NCBI GenBank assembly: GCA_030390025.1
Contig: CM059452.1
Location: 8,184,001 to 8,248,000, forward strand
From: Squalus acanthias
Taxonomy: Eukaryota
Direction: 5' to 3'
Length of the DNA: 64,000 nucleotides
Below the pieces are notes generated by a model. It made no database searches. It worked only from the letters and a program-made list of their open reading frames with translations, and had not been told where the DNA came from. Both the position numbers and the translations under genes were made by a program. Shown one piece after another: positions 50,301 to 63,792 of the stretch. Numbering within the stretch: the stretch's first letter is position 1; every line of letters starts with the position of its first letter.

Positions 50301-53300
50301 GCCCTGTCTCTGTTTACATTACACTAGGCCCTGTCGCTGTTTATGTTACTTTGGGCCCTGTTTCTGTTTATATTACACTAGATCCTGTCTCTGTTTATAT
50401 TACACTGGACGCTGTCTCTGATTATGTTACACCAGCCCCTGCCTCTGTTTATATTACACCAGGCCCTGTCTCTGTTTATATTACACTAGTCCCTGTCTCT
50501 GTTTATATTACACTTTGATGTACACTAGGCACGGTCTCTGTTATTACTGCTCTAGACTTTGTCTCTGTTTATATTACACAAGACCCTGTCTCTGTTTATA
50601 TTACACTATACCCTGTCTCTGTTTATATTACTCTAGGCCCTGTCTCTGTTTACATTACACTAGTCCCTGTCTCTGTTTATATTAAACTAGGCCGTGTCCC
50701 TGTTATTACTGCACTAGAGCTTGTCTCTGTTCACATTACACTAGACCCTGTCTCTGTTTATATTACACTAGGCCCTGTCCCTTTTATTACTGCACTAGAG
50801 CTTGTCTCTGTTTACATTACACTAGAACCTCTCTCTGTTTATATTACATTAGACCCTATCTCTGTTATTAATGCAGTAGACCCTGTCTCTGTTTATATTA
50901 CACTAAATCCATTCTCTGTATATATTACACTGGACGCTGTCTCTGATTATGTTACACTTGCCCCTGCCTCTGTTTATATTACACTAGGCCCTGTCTCTGT
51001 TTATATTCCACTAGGCCCTGTCTCTGTTTATATTCCACTAGGCCCTGTCTCTGTTTATGTTACACTCAGCACTGTCTGTGTTTATATTACAGTAGATCCT
51101 GTCTCTGTTTATATTACACTAGACCCTGTCTCTGTTATTACTGCACTAGACCCTGTCTCTGTTTATATTGCACTAGACCCTGTCTCTGTTTAGATTACAC
51201 TAGACCCTGTCTCTGTTTATATTACTCTCGGCCGTGTCTGTCTTTATATTAAAATCGGCCCTGTCCCTGTTATTACTGCACTAGAGCTTGTCTCTGTTTA
51301 TATTACAGTAGACCATGTCTCTGTTTATATTACACTGGACCATGTCTCCGTTTATATTACACTAGACGCTGTCTCTGTTTATATTACACTGGACCCTGTC
51401 TCTGTTTATATTACACTGGACGCTGTCTCTGATTATGTTACACTAAACCCTGTCTCTGTTTATGTTACACTAGGCCCTGTCCCTGTTATTACTGCACTAG
51501 AGCTTGTCTCCGTTCACATTAAACTAGACCCTATCTCTGTTTATATTACACTGGACCCTGTCTCTGTTTATATTACACTAGATCCTGTCTCTGTTTATAT
51601 TACACTAGAAACTGTCTCTGTTTATATTACACTAGTCCCTGTCTCTGTTTATATTACACTAGGTACTGTCTCTGTTTAAATTACACTAGGACGCTGTCTC
51701 TGTTTATATTAAACTAGATCCTGTCTCTGTTTATATTACACTAGATCCTGTCTCTGTTTATCTTACACTTGTCCCTGTCTCTGTTATTACTGCACTAGAC
51801 CCTGTCTCTGTTTATATTACAGTAGTCCCTGTCGCTGTTTGTATAACACTAGGCACTCTCTCTTTTTACATTACACTAGACCCTGTCTCTGTTTATATTA
51901 CACTAGACCCTGTCTCTGTTTATATTACACTAGGTCCTGTCTCTGTTTATATTACACTAGTCCCTGTCTCTGTTTATATTACACTAGGAACTGTCTGTGT
52001 TTGTATTACACTGGACGCTGCCTCTGATTATGTTACACTAGCCCCTGCCTCTGTTTATATTACAATAGGCACTGTCTCTGTTTACATTACACTAGGCCCT
52101 GTCGCTGTTTATATTACCTTAGGCCCTGTTTCTCTTTATATTCCACTAGATCCTGTCTCTGTTTATATTACACTCGACCATGTCTCCGTTTATATTACAC
52201 GAGGCCCTGTCCCTGTTATTACTGCACTAGAGCTTGTCTCTGTTTACATTACACTAGACCCTGTCTCTGTTTATATTACACTAGGATCAGTCCCTTTTAT
52301 TACTGCACTAGATCTTGTCTCTGTTTACATTACACTAGACCTGTCTCTGTTTATATTACACTAGACCCTGTCTCTGTTTATATTACACTGGACGCTGTCT
52401 CTGATTCTGTTACACTAGCCCCTGCATCTGTTTATATTACACTAGGCACTGTCTGTGTTTATATTACACTAGATCCTGTATCTGCTTATATTACACTAAA
52501 CCCTGTCTCTGTTATTACTGCACTAGACCCTGTCTCTGTTTATATTACACTAGACGCTGTCTCTGTTTATATTACACTAGGCCCTGTCCCTTTTATTACT
52601 GCACTAGAGCTTGTCTCTGTTTACATTACACTAGATCCTCTCTCTGTTTATATTACATTAGACCCTATCTCTTTTATTACTGCAGTAGACCCTGTCTCTG
52701 TTTATATTACACTAAATCCATTCTCTGTATATATTACACTGGACGCTGTCTCTGATTATGTTACACTTGCCCCTGCCTCTGTTTATATTACACTAGGCCC
52801 TGTCTCTGTTTATATTCCACTAGGCCCTGTCTCTGTTTATGTTACACTCAGCACTGTCTGTGTTTATATTACAGTAGATCCTGTCTCTGTTTACATTACA
52901 CTAGGCCCTGTCGCTGTTTATGTTACTTTGGGCCCTGTTTCTGTTAATATTACACTAGATCCTGTCTCTGTTTATATTACACTAGACCCTGTCTCTGTTA
53001 TTACTGCACTGGACCCTGTCTCTGTTTAGATTACACTCGGCCGTGTCTGTCTTTATATTAAAATCGGCCCTGTCCCTGTTATTACTGCACTAGAGCTTGT
53101 CTCTGTTTATATTACCGTAGACCATGTCTCTGTTTATATTACACTGGACCATGTCTCCGTTTATATTACACTAGACCCTGTCTCTGTTTATATTACACTG
53201 GACCCTGTCTCTGTTTATATTACACTGGACGCTGTCTCTGATTATGTTGCACTAAACCCTGTCTCTGTTTATGTTACACTAGGCCCTGTCCCTGTTATTA

Positions 53301-55777
53301 CTGCACTAGAGCTTGTCTCTGTTCACATTACACTAGCCCCTGCCTCTGTTTATATTACAATAGGCCCTGTCTCTGTTTACATTACACTAGGCCCTGTCGC
53401 TGTTTATGTTACTTTGGGCCCTGTTTCTGTTAATATTACACTAGATCCTGTCTCTGTTTATATTACACTGGACGCTGTCTCTGATTATGTTACACTAAAC
53501 CCTGTCTCTGTTTATGTTACACTAGGCCCTGTCCCTGTTATTACTGCACTAGAGCTTGTCTCTGTTCACATTAAACTAGACCCTATCTCTGTTTATATTA
53601 CACTGGACACTGTCTCTGTTTATATTACACTAGATCCTGTCTCTGTTTATATTACACTGGACCCTGTCTCTGTTTATATTACTCTAGTCCCTGCCTCTGT
53701 TTATATTACAATAGGCCCTGTCTCTGTTTAAATTACACTAGGCCCTGTCGCTGTTTATGTTACTTTGGGCCCTGTTTCTGTTTATATTACACTAGATCCT
53801 GTCTCTGTTTATATTACACTAGACCATGTCTCTGTTTATATTACTCTAGGCCCTGTCTCTGTTATTACTGCACTGGACCCTGTCTCTGTTTATATTACAC
53901 TAGACCCTGTCTCTGTTTATATTACACTGGACGCTGCCTCTGATTATGTTACACTAGCCCCTGCCTCTGTTTATATTACACCAGGCCCTGTCTCTGTTTA
54001 TATTACACTAGGCCCTGTCTCTGTTTATATTACACTAGGCACGGTCTCTGTTATTACTGCACTAGACCCTGTCTCTGTTTATATTACACAAGACCCTGTC
54101 TCTGTTTATATTACACTAGACCCTGTCTCTGTTTATATTACTCTAGGCCCTGTCTCTGTTTACATTACACTAGTCCCTGTCTCTGTTTATATTAAACTAG
54201 ATCCTGTCTCTGTTTATATTATACTAGACCCTGTCTCTGTTTATATTACACTAGTCCCTGTCTCTGTTTATATTACACTAGGTACTGTCTCAGTTTATAT
54301 TACACTAGGACGCTGTCTCTGTTTATATTAAACTAGATCCTGTCTCTGTTTATATTACACTAGTACCTGTCTCTGTTATTACTGCAGTAGACCCTGTCTC
54401 TGTTTATATTACACTGGTCGCTGTCTCTGATTATGCTACACTTGCCCCTGCCTCTGTTTATATTACACTAGGCCCTGTCTCTGTTTATATTCCACTAGGC
54501 CCTGTCTCTGTTTATATTACACTAGGCACTGTCTGTGTTTATATTACACTAGTCCCTGTCTCTGTTTATATTACACTAGGTACTGTCTCAGTTTATATTA
54601 CACTAGGACGCTGTCTCTGTTTATATTAAACTAGATCCTGTCTCTGTTTATATTATACTAGACCCTGTCTCTGTTTATATTACACTAGTACCTGTCTCTG
54701 TTATTACTGCAGTAGACCCTGTCTCTGTTTATATTACACTCGATCCAGTCTCTGTATATATTACACTGGACGCTGTCTCTGATTATGTTTCACTTGCCCC
54801 TGCATCTGTTTATATTACACTAGATCCTGTCTCTGTTTATATTACACTAGACCCTGTCTCTGTTATTACTGCACTAGACCCTGTCTCTGTTTATATTACA
54901 CTAGACCCTGTCTCTGTTTATATTACTCTAGGCCCTGTCTCTCTTTATATTACACTAGACCCTGTCTCTGTTATTACTGCAGTAGACCCTGTCTCTGTTT
55001 ATATTACACTAGATCCAGTCTCTGTATATATTACACTGGACGCTGCCTGTCTCTGTTTATGTTACACTAGGCCCTGTCCCTGTTATTACTGCACTAGAGC
55101 TTGTCTCTGTTCACATTACACTAGACCCTATCTCTGTTTATATTACACTGGACCCTGTCTCTGTTTATATTACACTAGATCCTGTCTCTGTTTATATTAC
55201 ACTGGACGCTGTCTCTGATTATGTTACACAAAACCCTGTCTCTGTTTATATTACACTAGACCCTGTCTCTGTTTATATTACACTAGAACCTGCGTATGTT
55301 TATATTACACTAGACCCTGCCTCTGTTTATCTTGCACTAGGCCCTGTCTCTGATTATATTACACTAGACCCTGTCTCTGTTTATATTACACCGGACCCTG
55401 TCTCTGTTTATATTACACTGGACCCTGTCTCTGTTTATATTACACTAGACCCTGTCTCTGTTTATATTACACTGGACCCTGTCTCTCTTTATATTACACT
55501 AGACCCTCACTCTGTTTTTGATTTCACTAGACCCTGTCTCTCTTTATATTACACTAGACCCTGTCTCTCTTCATAGTGTACTAGACCCTGTCTCTGTTTA
55601 TATTCCACTAGGACCTGTCTCTGTTTATGTTACACTAGTCCCTGTCTCTGTTTATATTACACTAGACCCTGACTCTCTTTATATTGCACTAGACCCTGTC
55701 GATGTTTTTCTTGCACTAGACCCTGTCTCTCTTTATATTGCACTAGACCATGTCTCTGTTTATATTACACTGGACCC
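44375..55777. repeat. 27-bp satellite (ttacactagaccctgtctctgtttata), roughly 420 units with higher-order duplications
   Basis: Continuous tandem units; 9-aa periodicity in the ORF track. Confidence 0.97.
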
Positions 55778-56830
55778 GAACACCCTTAACCTCACTCTCC
55801 GCTCACTCTTTCTCAGATGTCCTTCGCCGTCTCATCAGATTCTGTCGGAGCCTGCCCTCCACGGGCACATATCCAGATCTTTCTCTTCAGACCCGAGTAT
55901 TTTCCGGCGTTTTCCCATCGTGTCTGCACTCTCTTCTCGCTCCTCACACCCTTTAATGTTGGTTTTTTGAGACACTTATCTAATTTCTCTATTAAAATAT
56001 TTCATGCAGTTATTTTCATCTCCTTCTGTGTAAAGAATTGTATTTCTCACCATAGAAATTTATCTTTTGCCGGATGCACTCGGTTAATCACTTGGCCATG
56101 GAGGGCTGCGGGTCCCACAATTCACAGAGGCAGAGAAAAGTCCCCATCTGTCACACTGAGAGAACTTTTCGCATATGCGCACCTCACTAACCGTTTTAAC
56201 GACAACTTTATAATTCACTCGCGCGCCAAAACTTTCACTTTTATCGATTAAGATGGGGCGGTTATTTTGGTGCAAGCTGAAGTCACTTTTCCTTTTAATC
56301 GAGCTGTTTTATGTAAACAGACGGCAGACTTGCGCAACGTAATGCGTCACACAAACATGGCCGACTGTACATCACACAGAGATGGCCGCGGTTTTGCCCT
56401 GCATTGGATGTCGCCACAATCTTTTCCGCACGTCACAGCACCGTGATTGGCTGTTTCTCCCATTGATTCAGGGTCAATGGGTCACGCGCCTCCTCCAGCC
56501 TCCGCTCAGCGCTGAAGAGCCCCAGTTGGTGCAGCCTGTGATCCCGGGGTGTCAGTCAGGGTCTCTTACCGGGGTTCTGCACCACCCGAGAAAAATGTTT
56601 GTATCGGCTAATCACTCAAGATAAATTGGTACAAGCAAAATAGTGAAGTAGGATCGGTACTGGTACCGGGAGTGTTAGCCTGATTCTGGGCTCAATTGTC
56701 TGGAGTGGGATTGAACCCAACAACCTTCTGACTCAGCGGCAAAAAATCTTACTCACTGAGACACGGCTGACACTTGCTCATGCGTTCCCTTGAAATGGAG
56801 GCACCGTCTGCGCTAGATTTATTTCACTCA

Positions 56831-57313
56831 GGTTTTTGCACAACTACAGCTGAGTTTTAAAACACTGTAAACCTCAAGCCGCAGAAATATACGGCGGTGT
56901 CCTGGATTTCCGCTCGAGTATTCCTTAAAGGAAACTGATTTCCTTCGTTGGTCTGGCCAGCCTCGAATCTTCCCTTGGCAAATCCGCCTCCTCTTTCCTG
57001 CTGTTATCCCGGTACAAAATAAAACGCGGAGCCTGGTTCGTGTGATGTCGATATCAGTACAGATCGTAGTCACTGTAGGTTGTTGTGTAACTACACAGTC
57101 TATTTTTACAACATCTCCTTCAGTGACATAGAGCGCGGTCTGAGGTTGTGACACCGAATCTTCCTAAATCTCCCCTGAAATAAAAGTTAACTGAGGGTAA
57201 AATACAATACTGAGATAGAAAGTCTACTTACATCACATTAGTGCAAACAGACACAAGGCATGGCCATACCTACCGATCACCAGGCACAATATAACGAGGT
57301 GACGGTACGACAC
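56831..57313 (-). pseudogene. TCR V pseudogene
   Basis: Leader starts GTG; TAG early in the V exon (starts 57174); DSVSQPQTALYVTEGDVVKIDC, frameshifts, DTAVYFCGLR; RSS TACAGTG-23-GCAAAAACC. Confidence 0.85.
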
Positions 57314-57734
57314 GGGCTCTATTAGATCTTCACCAACAACCCCTTGGAATAACAGTTGTATTTCCTTTGCAATCTGTTATACTGAGTAAAGTAAGAAACT
57401 GTTCGAAGGAAGGTATAACAGAAGGTGAGGAAGTGACTCGTGCAATTCTATTCCTGGTAAAAGGGACCGAATGTATTAACTGGATAACAGAATTTTAACT
57501 CCGCACAAGTCCGGTTCGCCCATCACCCCTGTGCTCGTTGACCCACATTGGCCCCCGGTACAGCAAAGCCTCGCTTTTAGAAGTCGCATTCTTGCATACA
57601 AATCCCACCATGGCCTTGGCCCTCCCTATTTCTGTAACCTCCTCCAGCCCTACAACCCTCCGAGATCTCTGCACTCCTCCAATTCAGCTTTCGGAAATTA
57701 AAGAAAAGATGAAACGTGTTTGCTCCACAATTAC

Positions 57735-57780
57735 CGGTCAGAAATGTTCCCCACATTAACCAGATGCTGAGAAGCCGCAT
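57735..57780 (-). pseudogene. Orphan leader exon (family of 6660) with no following V exon
   Basis: MRLLSIWLMWGTFLT|gtaat; similarity to the paralogs ends at ~57700. Confidence 0.7.
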
Positions 57781-58289
57781 TGTCGCTGTCCGCTCTGTAA
57801 AAGGAGGGAAGATATTTGAAGACACCTGTTCTAAGCCCCGCCCTCAATAATCTGCTGTCGTGTCTCAGGATGCTCTCACCTCACTTCCTTGTGTCCCCAG
57901 TGGTGCTGTGAGACCGGTAGGTGGTGAGCTGGCTGCCAGTGAATGGAAATACCCTGAGCTGGGCTACAGTCAGTGTCCTTATAGGGGAATGGTTCCGTTT
58001 TTAGAGACCGCGGGTGGGAATGAAACCCATGCCTGGTTATTGGAAGCGGGAAGCTCGGGATTGCTAATGATAATAGAAAACATTCCAGCATTAAAGAAAC
58101 ATCCTGAAAGGCAATGCACTTTGGGGGAACTCTGTGCTTGGGGCCTGTTTTAAAGAGCACAATCACTACCTTGTGAAATCTGTTCATTGTGTATAAACTG
58201 TCTCTGGCCCAGCAACATACTCTGATCAGATAAACCCTGTGTACAGGCCGCGATCAAAGGGTCCGGGAAACTGACAGGGGAGATGTGTA

Positions 58290-58663
58290 TTTCGTTCATA
58301 TCAGCAGAGAACCTGTCTGGTAAATCTGGAGACTTGGCTCCGTCCTCTGAGCTATATCTCTTCAGTAAATATCTCGGAGCTTCCCATGGATACTGGATGT
58401 ACCAGAACAGAGTTGAACTAGCTTCCGAGTAACTGCAGTTCAGTATTATGGTCTGTCCCTCCTGAACCGTTAATTCAGACGGATCCTGGAACACTGAATC
58501 TTCGCCATTCGTTCCTGTAACAAAACAGAGAATGTATCAAAAATTTGGGAGTAAATATAATCCATGGAACACACACTGACCCTTTAAACATAGACTCACC
58601 GGGCAGCACGATCATCAATATCAATAAGGAACATGGGGAGCACACGGTGTCTGAATTTTCCAT
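58290..58663 (-). pseudogene. 3'-truncated TCR V (family of 1590-2061)
   Basis: EDSVFQDPSELTVQEGQTIILNCSY...WYIQYP...PDRFSADMNE then fused to unrelated flank; second Cys and RSS deleted. Confidence 0.85.
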
Positions 58664-59583
58664 GGAAAATAGTCGAATCTTCTAAATATTCTAGCCTGAT
58701 ATAAAAGATAAAACTCAGATCACGGACAGGCTTCACTTATTGGGAGACTGAGGGGTGTTTACCAGGGTCAGGATTGGCTATTCTCTCAGAACCGACGGCA
58801 GTTGTGCACCAATCAGTGTTTGTTGTGGTCCAATTACTTTTTCTGCCTGTTTCTCTTCCTTTCTCTGTCTTTCTTGGTGTCTCTACCTCTCTCTTTGTCT
58901 CGGTGTCTGCCAGTCTCTCTCTGTCTTTCGTTCGCTCTGTCTCTCTCTCTCACTACCGTGATCCAAGAAGGTGCAGAATATAGAGAAATCCAATTTGTCT
59001 CAATCTCTCGTTTCAACACAACAAACTGCTCCATTGATAATAGCGGTTATAATAGATGAAATATAATAACCACAGCTCATAGACATGTTTGAAATGGCAG
59101 AAGTTACTGCAAAATCCAACCGTTTATTCATTAGGTGGGAATAATGAGACAATCTACAGCCTCTGTATGTGGCGCGATTCCTAAGAGTTGGAATCTGTGT
59201 GGTTTCATATTGTTTTGATGAGCTTCATTCATCAGTTATGTCTTGGGTATTAAAAATAAACAAAAGAATCACCAGGATTTTCACTTGAAGTTGTATATGT
59301 TTTTCTGCATTAAAGTGTATAATAAAAATTGTAATAAGAATAACAAGAATAATGTGACATAATCGCGCAACAACATCCATCAGTTATTTGAGAAATCCTG
59401 CTTTCCCAGGCAGAGGGCCATTTACCTGACATCGCCACCAGAGGGAGCGCCCTCATCGTGTTTGCGGTTGCACTGCAGCAAATCAATCGCAAGATCACAA
59501 GGTCGTGGAGGAAGAGGATTTAATCCGCGTCCAGTTCTCTGTTGTGAGGAGAACAATTTCACTTCGTTCCCTGCTCCCTTCTC

Positions 59584-59735
59584 TGACGTCATGAATTGGA
59601 GAACAAAGGATCTGTGAGTTGATTGGCTGAATTTGAAAACAAAGGCGCTATGAGTTGATTGGATGAATTGGAGAACAAAGGAGCTGTGAGCTGATTGGAT
59701 ATCTCCTGCTGAATCTGCCAGGAATGAACCAATCG
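59584..59735 (+). promoter_or_regulatory. Candidate V promoter: CRE plus multiple CCAAT boxes
   Basis: TGACGTCA 59584-59591, three GATTGG in a ~36-bp tandem repeat and CCAATC at ~59729. Confidence 0.55.
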
Positions 59736-59836
59736 GCAGAGAGACCGGATATTACTCAACATCTTCTCAACTCTTGACTAAGACAATTACAGGTTCAAAC
59801 CGTTCTGTTCAAATCCACCATCAACTACCTGCAAAC

Positions 59837-60395
59837 ATGTTGGCTGTTACTTTTTGTTTATTCGTCACAGCTGCAGCTCTATTAACTGGTAAAGTATACA
59901 CGTTACACAATCTTTCTCCTGCAGGTGTCATTGACATCCTTTTAACTGCGTTTTCTTTCTATTTGCAATGGTTATTACGTCACCTTTATGATATTAGTAA
60001 TACTAAAAAGATGAAAAAGCTTAAAGTTCTGTATTTCTAAATTTCTGCAGGTGTTAATGGTGCAGACTCGGTCTCACAGGGGCCGCTTGCAGCGATACAG
60101 TTTGAAGGAGACTCGGTGACAATTAATTACAGCTATTCGACCACTGCTACTTCATATTCCTTACAACTAGTACCGTCAGGACGGGACAATGGCCCACATT
60201 CCTACTCTACAGTCCTTCCTACGGGGATGTTGTCAAAGCAGAGGGCGTGGGGACTCGATTTTCCGCATTTCTCGACACTTCGAAAAGTAAGGGGAATTTC
60301 ACCATCGGTGGCCTGCGGCTGTCTGACAGCGCGGTGTATCACTGCGGGCTGAGAGACACAGTGACAGGAACCAGAGGGAGCCTCGTACAAAAACA
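59837..60395 (+). pseudogene. TCR V pseudogene (leader 59837-59888, V exon 60051-60356, RSS 60357-60395)
   Basis: First Cys replaced by Tyr (TINYSY), frameshift at the Trp, ends DSAVYHCGLR; CACAGTG-23-ACAAAAACA. Confidence 0.85.
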
Positions 60396-60819
60396 CTGCC
60401 GGAACATGACAAGGTGAACAAAATAGCGGGCAGTGTGGTGAGAAACGAGGACTGTCAGTATTTATCACAGGAGTGTATCCGTGAAAAAAACAGACAAATC
60501 AATCGTTTTCCAAATTGCAATACAGGACTAGAATAAAGGTTATTATTCATTATAATAGTCTTGCTGTTAATTTCATAATAAGATGTTTGATTGGACAATG
60601 CTTCCAATCCTTGTTCATGTAATGGGCACCTCAACTTTCAATCTTAGTGGAACAAATATAAAACTAGTTCTTATTCAGTGTCAGAATCGCACTCAGAGCT
60701 GGCGCTCCAGTCGGCAGGAAATTAACTGAACGGAGGGGAAACATTCAGTGACGATTTAAGAAACCATCGAGTCAAACACTTTCAGATTAACGCGGTCTCT
60801 CCTGAAATGTGACCCCGTG

Positions 60820-61127
60820 AATCTCATTGCCTGCCGAGCTTTGCGGCTGCGTGTGGTGCTGACTGTGTCAATACACATAATGTGCAGCACCGCTTGTTTT
60901 CAAGTTGCAGGTTAGTGTGGCTTTACTTTCCTCTTCAACCGTCACTTCAGGAACCGGCTGTTCCACTGTGACATAAAATAATCGTAATAGTGATTATCAT
61001 CATCATCACTTGACTAATAGTAACATTTGGGTTTCAGCAGTCAGGGGGAGAATGGATTTTAGCTGGTAAGGAAATACTTACCGAGAAATGCTATAATGAT
61101 GAGGAGCGTCGCGAGAGGGTTCCACAT
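60820..61127 (-). pseudogene. Degenerate TCR V (paralog of 35011-35511)
   Basis: Leader MWNPLATLLIIIAFL|gtaag (61127-61082); VEQPVPEVTVEEESKATLTC remnant; no RSS. Confidence 0.7.
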
Positions 61128-61906
61128 GACGCTTCCTGAGTCTGTAACTCTGCAGTCCGGGAACTCCTCTGGCGGAGCAGAAATACAGATCCCCGCCCCC
61201 CTTCACTGCTGATCCACCCAACGCCAAACAGGGAACAGCGACAGCAATCTCTCCAATAACACAGGGCAGGCAAGGCGGGTCAGAGCGAGAGCAGCAAACG
61301 GAAGCTGTGGGCGGGGCAGCTGCCGACTCAAAATTGAGCGAATTCAAGTCTCTGTGTAACGGCACAAAGTGCGCGGTGCCGCTCAGCTGCACTCGGAGCT
61401 GATGGAGCAGAAAAGGCGATGGTTGTGTCTCGAGAAGTCTGTGGTCAAACTGCTCCTGTTCACTGAGCAAGTGACTGGAAATAAATAGAGGTGAAGGGAA
61501 ATGAAGGGATTGCACAGCTTCAGAAATAATGACCGGGTTTAATCAGCTCCAATCTGGAGTTTTGAGACACAATATCTGGCACACGATATTTTTATATGTG
61601 ATCAATAAACCTTAAATCCCCTCAATGACCTTATTCTAAATCCGATGTAACAAAATCCGCCAGCAGAGAGCGCCGAGCTCAAGCATAGAAAGTCACGTGA
61701 TGCAAACACCAAAGCCAATTACGACCGAAGCCTGAATGAGGTCAAAATTGGGCCGCCCCCTGCAGTGTGCGGGTGGAACAATGAGCTGAAATATCCATAT
61801 GATGGACAGTTGGGTACATGGGAGGTTACACACACTCACACAGATAGACGCAAGTTTAAATCGATCCTGTTTAACCTCCTGTTCTTCTGTTCCCCTTTCT
61901 TCTCAG

Positions 61907-62207
61907 GCGGACTATTTGCAGATCCAGTAACTCAGTCTCCGGTGACAATTGCCGTGTCAGCAGGGTGTTCGGTGCAGTTAGATTGCGAATATACAACCCT
62001 GGATATTGGCTACATGCAATGGTATCGGGAGAAACCGGCACAGCCTCCAAGCCGGATAATTAGCAAAGTAGCAGCACTGAAGGAAGTCGAAATTTCAGGA
62101 CAATATCTGGCGGCTGTTGACGAGTCCAGAAAGTGTGGTTACCTCAATATAATTACTGTGCAGTAAGGCACAGCGTCAGATAAAAGCAAAGGCCCCGCAC
62201 AAAAACC
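61907..62207 (+). pseudogene. TCR V pseudogene with FR3 deletion/frameshift
   Basis: ADPVTQSPVTIAVSAGCSVQLDCEY...WYREKP...GYLNI, deletion, YCAVR; CACAGCG-23-ACAAAAACC. Confidence 0.82.
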
Positions 62208-63390
62208 TCAGCGAGTATTTACAACTCCATTGGGTCTGGATGGCAACAGTTAACCGTTCTTTGCTGAGCTGTCATCAGGTTAGCGAGGCACCAGTCTCCG
62301 TCTCTTTACCAATAACCTGCTGACTCTCTGTATCTCAAACAGGAATATTGAGTCAATTTCAAACAGCCTGAGTGAGGCGAGGTTACTGGGAACACCTTCC
62401 ATTGGTCATTGTTGACAACCATTTTCCAATATTATAAGCGTAACTTTACATCCTTCTTCTTTCTTTCTGTTATTCAATTTTTCCATCTAATTATCTCTCA
62501 TATATATTTCTATATATCTGTGTGTCTGTGTGATTGTGAGAGATAGAAACAACCACACAGAGGCGAGAACACACACAGAACACTCTGAGCAATTTCCGAG
62601 GACTAAACTGCGGCATTATCTCTCTGTACATGATTGCAAACCTTCTCTAGGACACAGCCTTCCTGTCTAAATAGGGATTCACAAAAAGAATGGATATTTA
62701 GCTGAAAAGGAGACATTTAGATGGCTATCGGGAAACAGCAGTGCAGTGGCCCTAATCAAAGAGCCGACACAGCCACGATGGGCCGAATGGCCTCCTTCTT
62801 TGCTGCATGATTTATGGAAAGAGCAGAGAAGGAAAGTTGAAGAGATACCAGAACAGTCATCGTGTAGTTTCAGGCTCTGACCACTTGGTGGCTCCGTGGA
62901 GCGAAGTTCTGTAGTCTCTCGGTCGCTATTTGCTATATTAAAATCCTATTTACTCTCCCCGATAATGCTAAGGGCAGCTCAGTACTGTCTATGTAAAATG
63001 CCACTGCTACATGCAATGAACTACATAACTAAGGAAAGAGGACAATTTCCCTGTTCACTGACTTCAGCGAATAGTAAATCCTTCCACGAAGATTTCCTCT
63101 GGTCGCTCTCTCTAAATGAACCTTAAAGAAATTAAGTTGTTCAAAAAGAAAGAGTTTATGATTTCCCTAGAAATGCCGAGCAGAGGAATCTCCATTGAAA
63201 CAGTGGCCAGAGCAATTCTTCCCGCTCCCTGATAGTGTGACAATGTCACAAACGGATGTGACATAGTTGCAGAGTCACTTCGCTTTCTATTCTTGTCACA
63301 GGTTGAATAGTTCAGCCTGGTCCGGTACTGGTGCAGTTTTTGCTGCAGTAGAGAAGGGGTCGATGCTCATATTGTGACCTACGGACAGCG

Positions 63391-63439
63391 ATGTGTTTCC
63401 CTGTTTATTTCAGAGTGGTGCTGGTGCTGTCTGTGCTGT
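63391..63439 (+). other. Possible V leader exon
   Basis: MCFPVYFRVVLVLSVL then phase-1 gtaagt donor; no recognisable V exon before the window end. Confidence 0.4.
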
Positions 63440-63792
63440 GTAAGTACATGTGGAATCGAGCAGAAAACATACCAATAGGTCCGGTTAGTGGGGCGGATAT
63501 TTGGAAACCCGACCTCCTGTCAACCACTTCAGTCTGATTACTGACAGTGAGTGAAACAAACTGAACATCTTAATCTACATTCAAATAGTTTTTATCACTT
63601 TGTGGCTACTTTTCTCAGGTCAAGCTGTCTCTCAGGTCAATTAGCGATCAAGATGTCTCTCGGGTCAATTCGAGGTCAAGCTGTCTCTCAGGTCAATTAG
63701 AGATCAAGCTGTATCTTTTTATCAGTCTTTCTCTGATCAGCAGGATGGACGTGAATGTCTCAGTTCTCTGAAATAAACTAGTTGTTAAAGAC

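Noticed and set aside
44293-55970. Cys/Tyr-rich keratin-associated-like ORFs
   Set aside because: Products of the 27-bp satellite, with frequent frameshifts.
63180-63345. Possible minus-strand V relic
   Set aside because: Only faint SDSAT-like similarity; no Cys/Trp framework or RSS.
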